Shown: positions 1-10,514, counted from the first letter of the stretch. The stretch is 32,000 bases of DNA from Rickettsia endosymbiont of Bradysia coprophila (GCA_019468145.1 JAHXDM010000002.1:262757-294756); one strand, 5' to 3'. Program-made: numbers and translations. The notes: generated by a model not told the origin, from the letters alone.

Positions 1-655
1 GCTGTATGACGACGGAGTTATTTTGCTTGAAAAACAAAAATATTCGCAAGCGGCTGATCAATTTTCCAGAATTTTTTATCAAGATCCTGGTAATAAAGCG
101 GCTCCGCAAGCTGAATTAATGCAGTCATATTCTTTATTTTTAGCAGGGCAGTATGATGAAGCCGTGGATGTCTTGACTACCTTTATCAAACTTCACCCAA
201 TGAATGCTGATATCTCTTATGCTTATTATTTAAAAGCCTTGTCATATTATATGCAAATATCTAATACCCAACTTGATCAATCAAGGACATTTTTGGCGAA
301 AGAAAGTTTTGAAGAAGTCATAACTCTTTTTCCAGGTACGCGATATGCTGTTGATGCAGCCTTAAAAATTGATTTAGTTAATGATCATTTAGCGGGCAAA
401 GAAATGGATTTAGGTCGTTATTATTTGCGGAAGAACAACCCAATAGCCGCTATTAATAGATTTCAAGTGGTAGTAGATAATTATCAAACTACTTCCCATA
501 TAGCAGAAGCGCTGTATCGGTTAGTGGAAGGGTATTTGATGCTAGGGTTACCTGAACAAGCTAAAAAATTTGCTGCAGTACTAGGCCATAATTATCCTCA
601 GAGTAATTGGTATCGATATGCTAATACATTAATTAACCATTCCTTAAAAGGATAG
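1..655 (+). CDS. bamD: Outer membrane protein assembly factor BamD (YfiO), 5' partial
   Basis: The frame is open from the window edge (LYDDGVILLEKQKY...), so the track Met at 23 is internal. TPR-like BamD pattern: ...TRYAVDAALKIDLVNDHLAGKEMDLGRYYLRKNNPIAAINRFQVVVDNYQTT..EALYRLVEGY. Confidence 0.8.
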   Translation, partial: LYDDGVILLEKQKYSQAADQFSRIFYQDPGNKAAPQAELMQSYSLFLAGQYDEAVDVLTTFIKLHPMNADISYAYYLKALSYYMQISNTQLDQSRTFLAKESFEEVITLFPGTRYAVDAALKIDLVNDHLAGKEMDLGRYYLRKNNPIAAINRFQVVVDNYQTTSHIAEALYRLVEGYLMLGLPEQAKKFAAVLGHNYPQSNWYRYANTLINHSLKG

Positions 656-656
656 G

Positions 657-2375
657 ATGTTACAAAGTCTTTCGGTTAAAAACTTTATTCTGATAGACGA
701 AGTAGAAATTGAATTTGAGACAGGTTTGTGCGTAATTACCGGGGAAACAGGAGCAGGAAAATCTATTCTCCTTGATGCGATTTTATTTTCATTAGGAGGC
801 AAATTTTCAGATGATATAATAAAACATGGGAGCGATTATTGTGTAGTCACCACGATTTTTACCTTAAATGATAATTTAAAAAAACTTTTAGAACAATTTG
901 ATATTGAATATGATGGAGAATTGCTGATAAAACGTATTCAAAAATTGGGTAATCGCAAAAAATTCCTGATTAATGATCAAGTAGTTACTCAAAATACTTT
1001 ACAACAAATAGCCGGGCATTTATTTGAATTGCATGGTCAAAATAATCATACTTCATTGCTTTCTCCTTCTTCTCATCTCAATATTTTAGATAATTATGGG
1101 GATCTTCTGGATTTAAAAGCTGAATTGAATAAATATTATAATATTTATCAGGAAATCACTAAGGAGACAAATAAAATTCAGCAAGGTAAAGAGGCGATAG
1201 ATAGGGAGATTGGTTATTTAACTTTTATAATTGAAGAATTAACAAGCTTGGACATTCAAGAAGGAGAAGAAGAAAAGCTGGTAAATATAAGGCGTAACTT
1301 GCAAAATCGTGAGAAAGAATTACGTGCTACGGAAGATATTCTTTCCTATCTAGAGAATCCTAATTTAAGCAACTTAATCAATAGCGCCCAACGTTTAATA
1401 ACGCGCCAGTTATCCAACAATGAAGAATTTCTAGTGATTTCCGCAAATTTAGATGATTGTGATACTAGTTTAGAAGAAGCTCGTATTAAGTTACAAAATA
1501 TTATTAATAAGTTTGAGGCGAATGAATTTAATATCGAAGAAATAGAGCAGCGATTATTTACCTTAAGGGCTAAAGCTCGTAAATATAATATTTCGTGTGA
1601 TTTGATTCCGCAATTCCTTAAAAATTCTAAAGAGCAGTTAAAGATTTTAAAAGATCAAATTAATAATATTAAAAGTTTGGATAGTAGTAGAGGGGAGAAA
1701 TATCAGGAATATTTTAGATTAGCGTCAATTTTATCACAAAAAAGAACATTTAGCGCAAAAAAGTTAGAAATAGCTATTAAAAAAGAGCTAGTACAACTTA
1801 AAATGGAAAAGACAGTTTTTAAGGTAGAAATTGTTTCGAAGAGTATCGTTCCAAAAAATAATGTATCTTCCAGTGAGTTGGAGGCCAAGAATATAGGAGA
1901 GAAGTGTGATAATCAAGCTGTAATATATAAGGATGGAATTGATAATGTCCGGTTCTTAGCTACCACTAATCCTGGTATGGAGCCTGCTTCTATTGATAAA
2001 ATTGCCTCTGGAGGGGAATTATCACGCTTTATGTTAGCAGTAAAAACTTGTCTTTTTGATAAATTATTAGTTGATACTATAATTTTTGATGAAATAGATA
2101 CGGGTATTGGTGGGGTTGTAGCGGATAAAATAGGGGAAAGACTAAAGAATCTTAGTTCTTTAGCGCAGGTAATTGTGATTACTCATCAACCACAAGTAGC
2201 AGGCAAAGCAAGTCAGCATATTTTGGTTAGTAAAACTCACTATGATCGGGGTACTAAGGTGGCTATCAAAACTTTAAATATTGATGAAAGACAACAAGAA
2301 ATTGCTCGGATGATCTCAGGTAAATCTATTACTAAAGCCAGTTTAATAGCTGCAAAGGAATTATTAATAAGTTGA
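657..2375 (+). CDS. recN: DNA repair protein RecN
   Basis: 572 aa. N-terminal Walker A GETGAGKS, long coiled-coil middle, C-terminal SMC-type signature ASGGELSRFMLA and Walker B IIFDEIDTGIGG. Confidence 0.9.
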   Translation: MLQSLSVKNFILIDEVEIEFETGLCVITGETGAGKSILLDAILFSLGGKFSDDIIKHGSDYCVVTTIFTLNDNLKKLLEQFDIEYDGELLIKRIQKLGNRKKFLINDQVVTQNTLQQIAGHLFELHGQNNHTSLLSPSSHLNILDNYGDLLDLKAELNKYYNIYQEITKETNKIQQGKEAIDREIGYLTFIIEELTSLDIQEGEEEKLVNIRRNLQNREKELRATEDILSYLENPNLSNLINSAQRLITRQLSNNEEFLVISANLDDCDTSLEEARIKLQNIINKFEANEFNIEEIEQRLFTLRAKARKYNISCDLIPQFLKNSKEQLKILKDQINNIKSLDSSRGEKYQEYFRLASILSQKRTFSAKKLEIAIKKELVQLKMEKTVFKVEIVSKSIVPKNNVSSSELEAKNIGEKCDNQAVIYKDGIDNVRFLATTNPGMEPASIDKIASGGELSRFMLAVKTCLFDKLLVDTIIFDEIDTGIGGVVADKIGERLKNLSSLAQVIVITHQPQVAGKASQHILVSKTHYDRGTKVAIKTLNIDERQQEIARMISGKSITKASLIAAKELLIS

Positions 2376-2414
2376 ATATATAAAGATAAACGTAAGATTG
2401 ATATGAAAATACTC

Positions 2415-2523
2415 TATACTCCTCTAATATGAATTTGCATGAGTTATTACTTCAATGCTCTCCTAGATTTTGACTCAGCTCTGCCCTCAGGCAAGGCAGT
2501 AAAATCATCTGAAGAGGAGTATA
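2415..2523. repeat. Palindromic RPE-like (MITE-like) element, copy A, intergenic between convergent recN and the methyltransferase gene
   Basis: Perfect 11-bp terminal inverted repeats: tatactcctct (2415-2425) and agaggagtata (2513-2523). The reverse complement of 2415-2438 matches 20080-20103 at 23 of 24 nt. The interior is G+C-richer than the flanks. Confidence 0.6.
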
Positions 2524-2543
2524 TTGTTTCGGGAAGTGAAGAT

Positions 2544-3272
2544 TTAAGGGACTGAAGATAAATAAAAGGCGATAGAAGCAGCGTTTGATACATTGAGGCT
2601 TTCTACTTTATTTGATATGGCTATTCTCGCTAACTGATCACATGTTTCTTTTACTAATGACCTAATACCTTTATCTTCAGAACCAAGCACTATCGCTATT
2701 TTTCCTGCGAGCATCTTGCTGGTTAAAATGTGGTCTGCATAACCATCTAGACCTATGATCCAAAAATTTTGTTTTTTCAAATATTCTAATATTCGTGTTA
2801 TATTAGTTACTTTAAGAACCGGGACTATTTCAAGAGCTCCAGAAGCTGTTTTAGCTATTAAGGCGTTTTCAGCAGGGGTATTATCCTTTGGCAATATTAT
2901 AGAGCTAATATTAAAAGAGGCGGCGCTGCGAATAATTGCTCCAATATTATGCGGGTCGGTGATTTGATCAAGAATTACGATTTTACAATTAGGATTTTTT
3001 ATGTTAATATCTTCAATATGATTTAAAAATATAGTTTGAACGTAAGCTGCTATTCCCTGGTGATTTTGCTTTAAACCAAAAAGACGCATTAAAGATTCCA
3101 TTGTTGTAATCTGATAGGCAAAATTAGAGATTAATTGTTGGTTAGAATTAAAAATCTCTTCTGTGCATAAAATATTTTGTATATGGCGTTTAGGGTTTTG
3201 AAGTGCGGCCAGGACCGTATGTTTCCCATATATATAATGGAAGTTTTTAGAAGATTTGTGTTTATTTGACAT
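2544..3272 (-). CDS. rlmB: SpoU/TrmH-family RNA 2'-O-methyltransferase (RlmB-like, 23S rRNA Gm2251 type)
   Basis: SpoU motifs ILDQITDPHNIGAIIRSA, IVLGSEDKGI and LNVSNAASIAFY. ATG at 3272 (MSNKHK...) is preferred over the track's upstream TTG at 3290. Confidence 0.75.
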   Translation of the reverse strand: MSNKHKSSKNFHYIYGKHTVLAALQNPKRHIQNILCTEEIFNSNQQLISNFAYQITTMESLMRLFGLKQNHQGIAAYVQTIFLNHIEDINIKNPNCKIVILDQITDPHNIGAIIRSAASFNISSIILPKDNTPAENALIAKTASGALEIVPVLKVTNITRILEYLKKQNFWIIGLDGYADHILTSKMLAGKIAIVLGSEDKGIRSLVKETCDQLARIAISNKVESLNVSNAASIAFYLSSVP

Positions 3273-3488
3273 CTTAAGTAAACCGAACAAGAATTAATTC
3301 TTGACACAAAGTACTATTTATTATAGAAAGTTACAACTGATAAACGTTTTGGGTATATAAAATTTAATGTGGGCTTCATTAGCGGGCTTCAAGAAAAATG
3401 AGTAAGGTAGCTTATTTACTCTTCTTGTGCTTTTTAAGAGTTGTGCTTTACGTTTTGTTGAACTATTTAATACTTGCGTAAGTTCTGC

Positions 3489-3574
3489 GGAGGAATGGCC
3501 GAGTGGTCAATGGCAGCAGACTGTAAATCTGCCCGCGTAAGCGTACGAAGGTTCGAATCCTTCTTCCTCCACCA
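3489..3574 (+). tRNA. tRNA-Tyr (anticodon GTA)
   Basis: Manual cloverleaf: acceptor GGAGGAA/TTCCTCC, anticodon stem GCAGA/TCTGC with loop CTGTAAA, long class II variable arm, T-loop TTCGAAT, encoded CCA. Confidence 0.95.
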
Positions 3575-3596
3575 CACTGGTTTTTAGGTGAAATAC

Positions 3597-3670
3597 GCGG
3601 GTGTAGCTCAATGGTAGAGCCCCAGCCTTCCAAGCTGGTTGCGTGGGTTCGATTCCCATCACCCGCTCCA
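3597..3670 (+). tRNA. tRNA-Gly (anticodon TCC)
   Basis: Acceptor GCGGGTG/CACCCGC, anticodon stem CCAGC/GCTGG with loop CTTCCAA, T-loop TTCGATT, encoded CCA. Confidence 0.95.
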
Positions 3671-3764
3671 AGAGTGTAAGTAAAATAGTTGGAAATTGGG
3701 TAATTTGTTGTTTATTAATTAGTTAAATTGTATTAAACCTTAATATTTGTGGAGAAAATAAATT

Positions 3765-4949
3765 ATGGGAAAAATGAAATTCGAGAGGTTAAAACCTCAT
3801 TGTAATATAGGAACTATAGGTCACGTAGATCATGGTAAGACCTCTTTAACAGCAGCAATAACTATTGTGCTCGCCAAAGATGGCGGAGCGAAAGCTAGAA
3901 AATATGATGAAATTGATGCTGCTCCTGAAGAGCAAGCAAGAGGGATTACCATCTCTACTGCTCATGTGGAATATGAAACTAAAGCAAGGCATTATGCGCA
4001 CGTCGATTGTCCTGGTCACCAAGATTATATAAAAAATATGATTACTGGAGCGGCTCAAATGGATGGTGCTATCTTGGTAGTGTCTGCTGCTGATGGTGTT
4101 ATGCCTCAGACTAAAGAGCATGTGTTGCTTGTTAAACAACTTAACGTTACCCACATAGTTATTTTTTTAAATAAAGTGGATATGGTAGATGATCCTGAGA
4201 TGATTGAACTAGTTGAGGAAGAAATAAGAGATTTATTGAAAGAACATGGTTATGATAGAGACAATACCCCAATTATTAAAGGTTCGGCTCTGCAAGCTTT
4301 AGAAGGAAAACCTGAAGGAGAAGCAGCAGTTAAAGCTTTGATGGATGCAGTTGATGAGTTTATACCACAACCTAAGAGAGATACGGACCGTCCTTTTTTA
4401 ATGCCTATCGAGGATGTCTTCTCTATTTCTGGAAGAGGGACAGTTGTTACTGGACGAATTGAGAAAGGGATGGTAAAAGTTGGGGAAGAAGTAGAAATCG
4501 TGGGTATTAAAGATCTTCAAAAAACAACTTGTACGGGTGTAGAAATGTTCAAGAAGTTGCTGGATCAAGGTGAAGCAGGTGATAATGTTGGAATATTATT
4601 ACGAGGCACTAAGAGAGAAGATGTTTGTAGAGGTCAGGTGCTTGCTAAACCTGGGAGTATCACTCCCCACAATGAATTTGAAGCAGAAGTATATGTGCTT
4701 ACTACCAAAGAAGGGGGGCGTCATACAGCTTTTACAACTAATTACCGTCCGCAATTCTACTTTAGAACCACTGACGTAACTGGGGAAATTACTCTATTGG
4801 AAGGTAGAGAAATGATTATGCCAGGTGATAATGCAAAATTAAAGGTGACATTAATTGTACCGGTGGCGATGGAAGAAGGTTTACGTTTTGCTATCCGAGA
4901 AGGTGGTAGGACTGTAGGTGCGGGAGTGGTTACTAAGATCTTAAAATAG
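3765..4949 (+). CDS. tuf: Translation elongation factor Tu
   Basis: 394 aa. G1 GHVDHGKT, G3 DCPGH, G4 NKVD. Full-length EF-Tu pattern through the C-terminal [15 protein letters not shown]. Confidence 0.97.
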   Translation: MGKMKFERLKPHCNIGTIGHVDHGKTSLTAAITIVLAKDGGAKARKYDEIDAAPEEQARGITISTAHVEYETKARHYAHVDCPGHQDYIKNMITGAAQMDGAILVVSAADGVMPQTKEHVLLVKQLNVTHIVIFLNKVDMVDDPEMIELVEEEIRDLLKEHGYDRDNTPIIKGSALQALEGKPEGEAAVKALMDAVDEFIPQPKRDTDRPFLMPIEDVFSISGRGTVVTGRIEKGMVKVGEEVEIVGIKDLQKTTCTGVEMFKKLLDQGEAGDNVGILLRGTKREDVCRGQVLAKPGSITPHNEFEAEVYVLTTKEGGRHTAFTTNYRPQFYFRTTDVTGEITLLEGREMIMPGDNAKLKVTLIVPVAMEEGLRFAIREGGRTVGAGVVTKILK

Positions 4950-5177
4950 ATATTTTTAAGCATCTTTAGGTAAAATATACTCAAAATTAGAATACCGTTT
5001 GTTAACCGTTTTAAGAAGGTATTCTCTCATTTTGCTAGCTAGTTTGGTATAATTGATAAAAAATCATCCTATACCAAATTTTAGATGGTGAGGGAGCTTT
5101 TTTAAAAGATTTTAAAGAGATAGAGGAATTAATTATGGTGTACGGTTGTACCCTGCTGTTTATCAAAAGGTTAGTTA

Positions 5178-5507
5178 ATGAAGAATAATCAGAAAATTGA
5201 AATCCGCTTAAAGTCATTTGATCATCGTGCACTGGAACGGGGTACTAAAGAGATAGTGGGAGCTGTTAAGCGTAGAGGAGCCGATTCTGACGTTATTGGT
5301 CCCATACCACTGCCCAGGAGGATTGAAAGATTTACTGTGAATAGATCTCCACATGTTAATAAAAAATCAAGGGAGCAATTTGAGATTAGAATTCAGAAGA
5401 GGTTGATAATAATAAATTACCCAACCCCGCAGATTGTAGATGCTTTGAAAAAAGTAGATTTGCCTGCTGGTGTTGATGTTGAGATTAAGTTAGTGAGTGT
5501 TGAATGA
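5178..5507 (+). CDS. rpsJ: 30S ribosomal protein S10
   Basis: [12 protein letters not shown]...[30 protein letters not shown]. The stop overlaps the rplC start (ATGA). Confidence 0.95.
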   Translation: MKNNQKIEIRLKSFDHRALERGTKEIVGAVKRRGADSDVIGPIPLPRRIERFTVNRSPHVNKKSREQFEIRIQKRLIIINYPTPQIVDALKKVDLPAGVDVEIKLVSVE

Positions 5508-6151
5508 TGAGAACTGGTTTAATTGCTAAAAAAATTGGTATGACCATGATCTTTGATGACAAAAATGAAAAAAGTGCTGTGACTTTTTTGCAAGTTGAAG
5601 ATTGTCAAGTAGTTGGTCATAAAACTCTTGAAAGAGATGGTTATAATGCTCTGATTATCGGAGTAAAAAATAAGAAACTTTCTAAAGTAACAAAACCATT
5701 GAAACAAGTTTTTGCTAATAATAAAGTTCCTCCTAAAGAAAAGCTAAAAGAGTTTAGGATCTCACAAGATTACTTTGTTGAAGTGGGCGCCGAGTTGTAT
5801 GTTGATCATTTTGCGGTTGGGCAATTTATAGATGCTGTGGGTATTACTATTGGTAGAGGTTTTGCAGGTGGTATGAAAAGGCATAATTTTAGGGGGCTTG
5901 AAGCTTCTCATGGCGTGTCAATATCTCACCGTTCTCATGGTTCTACAGGTGGAAGACAAGATCCTGGTAAAGTGTTTAAAGGCAAGAAAATGGCTGGGCA
6001 TATGGGTAGTACTAGAGTAACTGTTCAGAATTTAAGAGTAGTTATTACTAATAAAGAAAAAGGGATTATAGCAGTTAGGGGTAATGTTCCTGGCTCAGAA
6101 GGATCTTACATCTATCTCCAAGATGCTGTTAAGAAAACTGTAGTAGGATAA
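5504..6151 (+). CDS. rplC: 50S ribosomal protein L3
   Basis: [13 protein letters not shown]... and [20 protein letters not shown] motifs. S10-operon order. Confidence 0.95.
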   Translation: MMRTGLIAKKIGMTMIFDDKNEKSAVTFLQVEDCQVVGHKTLERDGYNALIIGVKNKKLSKVTKPLKQVFANNKVPPKEKLKEFRISQDYFVEVGAELYVDHFAVGQFIDAVGITIGRGFAGGMKRHNFRGLEASHGVSISHRSHGSTGGRQDPGKVFKGKKMAGHMGSTRVTVQNLRVVITNKEKGIIAVRGNVPGSEGSYIYLQDAVKKTVVG

Positions 6152-6156
6152 AATAT

Positions 6157-6780
6157 ATGAAAGCCGAATTAATAAATCTTGAAAATAAAACGGTCGGTGA
6201 AGTTGAATTAAACAGTGAAATATTTGCTATAGACTATATTAGAGATGATATTATTAAACTTGTTGTTGACTGGCAATTGCTTAAAAGAATGTCTGGTACC
6301 CATCATACTAAAACTATATCGCAAGTATCTGGTACAACAAAAAAACCTTTTAAACAAAAAGGGACAGGAAACGCAAGACAAGGTTCTTTAAGATCAGTAC
6401 AAATGAGAGGAGGCGGTGTTTCGCATGGTCCGGTCGTTCGAAGTCATGCTATAAAATTACCTAAAAAGGTTAGAAAATTAGGCTTAAAACATGCTTTATC
6501 GGGTAAATTTGCTCAAGGAAAATTATTAGTGGTAGATTCTTTAAAATTAGATCAATATAAAACGGCTAACTTGCTGAAATTATTAAATAATTTTAATGGC
6601 AAAAGCTATTTTATGGTTAGTGGAGATGAAGTTGATATTAATTTTGCATTAGCTGCAAAAAATATTCCTAATGTAGTTTTAGTGCCACAAATTGGAGCCA
6701 ATGTGTATGATATAATACGTCATGACTATATCTTATTATCCCAAGAAGCTGTCGGGGCTTTAGAAAAGAGGTTGAAGTGA
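6157..6780 (+). CDS. rplD: 50S ribosomal protein L4
   Basis: KPFKQKGTGNARQGSLRSVQMRGGGVSHGP motif. Operon position. Confidence 0.95.
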   Translation: MKAELINLENKTVGEVELNSEIFAIDYIRDDIIKLVVDWQLLKRMSGTHHTKTISQVSGTTKKPFKQKGTGNARQGSLRSVQMRGGGVSHGPVVRSHAIKLPKKVRKLGLKHALSGKFAQGKLLVVDSLKLDQYKTANLLKLLNNFNGKSYFMVSGDEVDINFALAAKNIPNVVLVPQIGANVYDIIRHDYILLSQEAVGALEKRLK

Positions 6781-7073
6781 AATCTTATAAACATTATGAT
6801 CTAATCAGGTTTCCTGTTATAACTGAAAAGTCAACTATTTTAGCGCAGCAAAATAAATTCACTTTTCATGTAGCTGGTAAGGCCGAAAAAGCGTCTATTA
6901 AAATAGCGATTGAAGAAATTTTTCAAGTAAAGGTTGAAAAAGTTAACATCATGAATGTTAAAGGTAAGAAAAAGAGATTTAAAGGTGTTAATGGTCAACA
7001 ATCTGATAAAAAGAAAGCGATTGTGACATTAGAAAAAGATTATACTATCGATTTTAGTGGAGGTATTAAATAA
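6777..7073 (+). CDS. rplW: 50S ribosomal protein L23
   Basis: 98 aa. [10 protein letters not shown]... L23 N-terminus. GTG start overlapping the rplD stop. Confidence 0.9.
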   Translation: MKSYKHYDLIRFPVITEKSTILAQQNKFTFHVAGKAEKASIKIAIEEIFQVKVEKVNIMNVKGKKKRFKGVNGQQSDKKKAIVTLEKDYTIDFSGGIK

Positions 7074-7894
7074 TGGCTTTAAAAACTTTTAATCCCGTTA
7101 CTCCTTCTCTTAGAGAATTAATACAAGTTGATAAATCTAGCCTTTCAAAAAATAAACCTTATAAACCTTTAACTAAAGGGCTAACTAAAACGGGTGGTAG
7201 GAATAATTTGGGGCGTACTACCTCTTGGCATAGAGGGGGAGGGCATAAGAGGCTTTACCGGATAATTGATTTTAAAAGAAATAAACTTGATATTTTTGCT
7301 ACAGTTGAAAGAATTGAATATGATCCGAATAGGACTTCATTCATTGCCTTGATTAAATATGATGATGGTGTTTACTCTTATATTTTAGCTCCGCACAAGC
7401 TTGTGATAGGTGATAAAATAATCTCAAGTAATGAAGCTGATATTAAAACTGGCAATTGTTTACCCCTGAAATTTATTCCTGTAGGAACCACCTTACATAA
7501 TGTGGAAATGAAGATCGGTAAGGGGGGGCAATTAGCAAGATCAGCTGGCACTTCCGTTGATTTAGTAGGGAAAGATGCAGGTTATGCTCAGCTTAAGCTT
7601 CGGTCTGGGGAGTTTAGATTAGTACCATTAGATTGTAAGGCCTCGATAGGAGCTGTTTCAAATCCTGATCAAAAAAATATCAATTTAGGAAAAGCGGGGA
7701 GAAATAGGTGGTTAGGTTGGAGACCACATGTGCGTGGTGTTGCAATGAATCCAGTAGATCACCCCCATGGTGGTGGTGAAGGGAAAACATCTGGAGGTCG
7801 CCATCCAGTGACTCCATGGGGGTTTCCAACTAAAGGGAAGAAGACTCGTAAGAATAAGCTTACATCAAAATTTATTATTAAACGAAGAAAGTAA
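7073..7894 (+). CDS. rplB: 50S ribosomal protein L2
   Basis: 273 aa. [46 protein letters not shown]. Confidence 0.97.
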   Translation: MALKTFNPVTPSLRELIQVDKSSLSKNKPYKPLTKGLTKTGGRNNLGRTTSWHRGGGHKRLYRIIDFKRNKLDIFATVERIEYDPNRTSFIALIKYDDGVYSYILAPHKLVIGDKIISSNEADIKTGNCLPLKFIPVGTTLHNVEMKIGKGGQLARSAGTSVDLVGKDAGYAQLKLRSGEFRLVPLDCKASIGAVSNPDQKNINLGKAGRNRWLGWRPHVRGVAMNPVDHPHGGGEGKTSGGRHPVTPWGFPTKGKKTRKNKLTSKFIIKRRK

Positions 7895-7907
7895 TTAGGT
7901 AGTAAAT

Positions 7908-8186
7908 ATGGCACGTTCAGTTTGGAAAGGACCTTTTGTAGATGGTTATCTAATAAAAAAGGTGCAAAAACTAATTGATTCTGGTAAATCAGTAATGATT
8001 GAGACCTTTTCTAGAAGGTCGACTATTTTACCATTTTTTGTGGGTATAACGTTTTCTGTGTATAATGGAATGAAATTCATCCCAGTGACTGTTACGGAAG
8101 AAATGGTTGGGAGAAAATTAGGGGAATTTTCTCCGACTAGAACATTTCACGGCCATGGGGCAGATAAAAAAGTTAAGAGAAAATAA
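7908..8186 (+). CDS. rpsS: 30S ribosomal protein S19
   Basis: [12 protein letters not shown]...[17 protein letters not shown]. Confidence 0.95.
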   Translation: MARSVWKGPFVDGYLIKKVQKLIDSGKSVMIETFSRRSTILPFFVGITFSVYNGMKFIPVTVTEEMVGRKLGEFSPTRTFHGHGADKKVKRK

Positions 8187-8188
8187 AT

Positions 8189-8548
8189 ATGGTGAAGGTG
8201 AATAATAATTCGGCAACAGCAATCGCGAAATCTTTGAGGGTAAGTCCTAGAAAACTCAATTTATTGGCCACTTCTATCAGGAACATGAAGGTTTCGGAGG
8301 CATTAGTACAGCTTACATTCTCACCGCGCAGGATTGCTAAAGATGTTAAGAAATGTTTGCAATCTGCGGTAGCAAACGCCGAAAATAATTTTGGTTTAGA
8401 TATTGATATATTATTTGTGACATCTGCAACAGTGGGTAAAGCTTTAGTAATGAAAAGAATTATGCCAAGAGCCAAAGGAAGAGCAGCAAGAATTAATAAA
8501 TTTTTTAGTAATTTATATATTACAGTTACTGAAGTGGAGAGGGATTAA
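8189..8548 (+). CDS. rplV: 50S ribosomal protein L22
   Basis: 119 aa. RVSPRKLNL....IR...[23 protein letters not shown]. Confidence 0.93.
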   Translation: MVKVNNNSATAIAKSLRVSPRKLNLLATSIRNMKVSEALVQLTFSPRRIAKDVKKCLQSAVANAENNFGLDIDILFVTSATVGKALVMKRIMPRAKGRAARINKFFSNLYITVTEVERD

Positions 8549-8551
8549 AAT

Positions 8552-9208
8552 ATGGGGCAAAAAGTTAATCCACATGGTTTTAGAGTGGGGCCAACTTTAA
8601 TAAAAGGTTGGGATTCGGTGTTGTATGCTGAAAAGCAATATAAAATTTTATTCCTTCAGGATTTAAATATTCGGGCTATAATTGATAAAAACTATGTACC
8701 AGCACAAGTTAGTAGAATTTTAATAGAAAGACCTTCTAATAAAAGTGTTATAATTAATATTTTCGCTAAAAATCCGAAAATGATCATTGGAAAAGGTGGG
8801 AATGATATTGACAAACTAAAAAAAGATGTACAAAAAATTACGACATTAGAAGAGATATACATTAATATCCATGAAGTAAAAAAACCTAATATAGATGCTG
8901 TTATTATTGCTAAGACAATTGCTATGCAGCTTAAAAAAAGAGTCTCTTTTAGAAAAGCTATGAAAACTGCTATCCAAGCTTGTTTGAAACAGGGTGCTTT
9001 AGGCATAAAAGTAGCTTGTTCTGGCCGTTTAGCTGGTGCTGAAATAGCAAGGACGGAGAGATATAAAGAAGGGAGAGTTCCGCTGCATACTTTAAGAGCT
9101 GATATTGACTATTCGGCAGCTGAGGTCATAACAACTTATGGTGTTATCTGTGTAAAAGTATGGGTTTACAAAGGTGATCATGTTGAGATCAGAAAAAAAC
9201 ATAATTAA
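8552..9208 (+). CDS. rpsC: 30S ribosomal protein S3
   Basis: [13 protein letters not shown]..., KH-domain region, [30 protein letters not shown]. Confidence 0.96.
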   Translation: MGQKVNPHGFRVGPTLIKGWDSVLYAEKQYKILFLQDLNIRAIIDKNYVPAQVSRILIERPSNKSVIINIFAKNPKMIIGKGGNDIDKLKKDVQKITTLEEIYINIHEVKKPNIDAVIIAKTIAMQLKKRVSFRKAMKTAIQACLKQGALGIKVACSGRLAGAEIARTERYKEGRVPLHTLRADIDYSAAEVITTYGVICVKVWVYKGDHVEIRKKHN

Positions 9209-9223
9209 TATTGAAGAAAAATA

Positions 9224-9634
9224 ATGTTAGCTCCAAAAAAACAAAAATTTAGAAAAGCTCATAAAGGAAGAGTTCCTTCAAAAGCTAAAGCGGGCACTAT
9301 GTTAGCGTTTGGTTCTTTTGGTTTAAAGTCTTTAGATGGCTTAAGGGTTACTGCAAGACAAATAGAAGCCGCAAGAAAAGCAGCTATTCGTTGTATGAAA
9401 AGGCAAGGAAGATTATGGATTAAGATTTTCCCTGATTTGCCTGTCTCTAAAAAGCCAGCAGAAGTTCGAATGGGGAAAGGGAAGGGTTCACCTGAGTTTT
9501 TTGCTGTAAGAGTAGCTCCTGGCAGAATAATGTTTGAAATTGAAGGTGTAACAGAAGATATCGCAAATAGAGCATTGGAACTGGCTAGTGCGAAATTGCC
9601 CGTTAGGACAAAGATAGTGAGGCGTTATGAATAA
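9224..9634 (+). CDS. rplP: 50S ribosomal protein L16
   Basis: [16 protein letters not shown]..., [19 protein letters not shown]. Confidence 0.96.
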   Translation: MLAPKKQKFRKAHKGRVPSKAKAGTMLAFGSFGLKSLDGLRVTARQIEAARKAAIRCMKRQGRLWIKIFPDLPVSKKPAEVRMGKGKGSPEFFAVRVAPGRIMFEIEGVTEDIANRALELASAKLPVRTKIVRRYE

Positions 9635-9839
9635 TCCTAGAATATCTACTAAAGAATTGGTAGGACAAACAACAGAAGAACTTAATAAAAAACTATTTTT
9701 GTTTAAAAAAGAGCTATTGAATCTTAGATTTCAGAGAAAATTAGGAGAATTAAAAAATATTAGCAGATTTTCTGTTGTAAAAAAAAATATAGCTCGTATT
9801 AATACAGAATTAACAGTAAGATTAAAAACTGGAGAATAG
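9627..9839 (+). CDS. rpmC: 50S ribosomal protein L29
   Basis: 70 aa. [15 protein letters not shown] pattern. Overlaps the rplP end by 8 nt. Confidence 0.88.
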   Translation: MNNPRISTKELVGQTTEELNKKLFLFKKELLNLRFQRKLGELKNISRFSVVKKNIARINTELTVRLKTGE

Positions 9840-9844
9840 AGAAA

Positions 9845-10078
9845 ATGCCAAAAAGAGTATTGCAGGGTGTAGTAGTTAGTGCTAAAACTGATAAAACAAT
9901 TAAAGTTAAAGTTGAACGGAGATTTAAACACCCTATATACAAGAAAATTGTAAGAGTCTCTAAAAAATATACTGCTCATGATCCAGAAAATACCTATAAA
10001 GATGGGGACAAAGTTAGTATAATAGAAAATCGGCCTATTTCTAAGACGAAATCTTGGGTAGTACTAGTAGGAGAATAG
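9845..10078 (+). CDS. rpsQ: 30S ribosomal protein S17
   Basis: 77 aa. [29 protein letters not shown]...ISKTKSW. Confidence 0.93.
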   Translation: MPKRVLQGVVVSAKTDKTIKVKVERRFKHPIYKKIVRVSKKYTAHDPENTYKDGDKVSIIENRPISKTKSWVVLVGE

Positions 10079-10092
10079 TTTTTTCTCTGGAC

Positions 10093-10121
10093 TTGAATGG
10101 CGTATTTTATTGTGTTATTAA
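10093..10121 (+). promoter_or_regulatory. Candidate sigma70-type promoter at the S10/spc operon boundary
   Basis: TTGAAT (10093-10098), a 17-nt spacer, then TATTAA (10116-10121) preceded by TGt (extended -10). Lies in the 67-bp rpsQ-rplN gap. Confidence 0.3.
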
Positions 10122-10145
10122 ATATCTTTAGTGAGAAATTAAGTT

Positions 10146-10514
10146 ATGATTCAGATGGAGAGCACCTTAAAGGTTACAGATAATTCTGGAGCTACAATGG
10201 TGAAATGTATTAAAGTCCTTGGTGGGTCGCATCATATGATAGCAGATCTTGGGGATGTTATCGTAGTATCGATAGTAAAAGCATTACCGAGGAAAAAAGT
10301 AAAAAGCGGTGAGGTACATAAAGCATTAATTGTTAGAACAAAAAAAGGGGTTAGAAGAGCAGATGGTAGTACCATTAAGTTTGGTTCTAATGCAGTAGTG
10401 CTTTTAGATAAACAAGGGGAACCAATAGGTACAAGAGTGTTTGGTACAGTAACCCGAGAATTAAGGGCGAAGAAATTTGTTAAAATTATGTCGCTTGCAG
10501 AGGAGGTATTGTAA
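10146..10514 (+). CDS. rplN: 50S ribosomal protein L14
   Basis: 122 aa. [16 protein letters not shown]...; [24 protein letters not shown]. Confidence 0.96.
   Translation: MIQMESTLKVTDNSGATMVKCIKVLGGSHHMIADLGDVIVVSIVKALPRKKVKSGEVHKALIVRTKKGVRRADGSTIKFGSNAVVLLDKQGEPIGTRVFGTVTRELRAKKFVKIMSLAEEVL

Noticed and set aside
3291-3488. TTGACA at 3299-3304 and TTGAAC at 3458-3463 as tRNA/tuf promoters, and the gagtaa/ttactc hairpin near 3400-3421
   Set aside because: The -10 partners are weak or mis-spaced, and the predicted start for the second would fall inside the tRNA. There is not enough support to annotate them.
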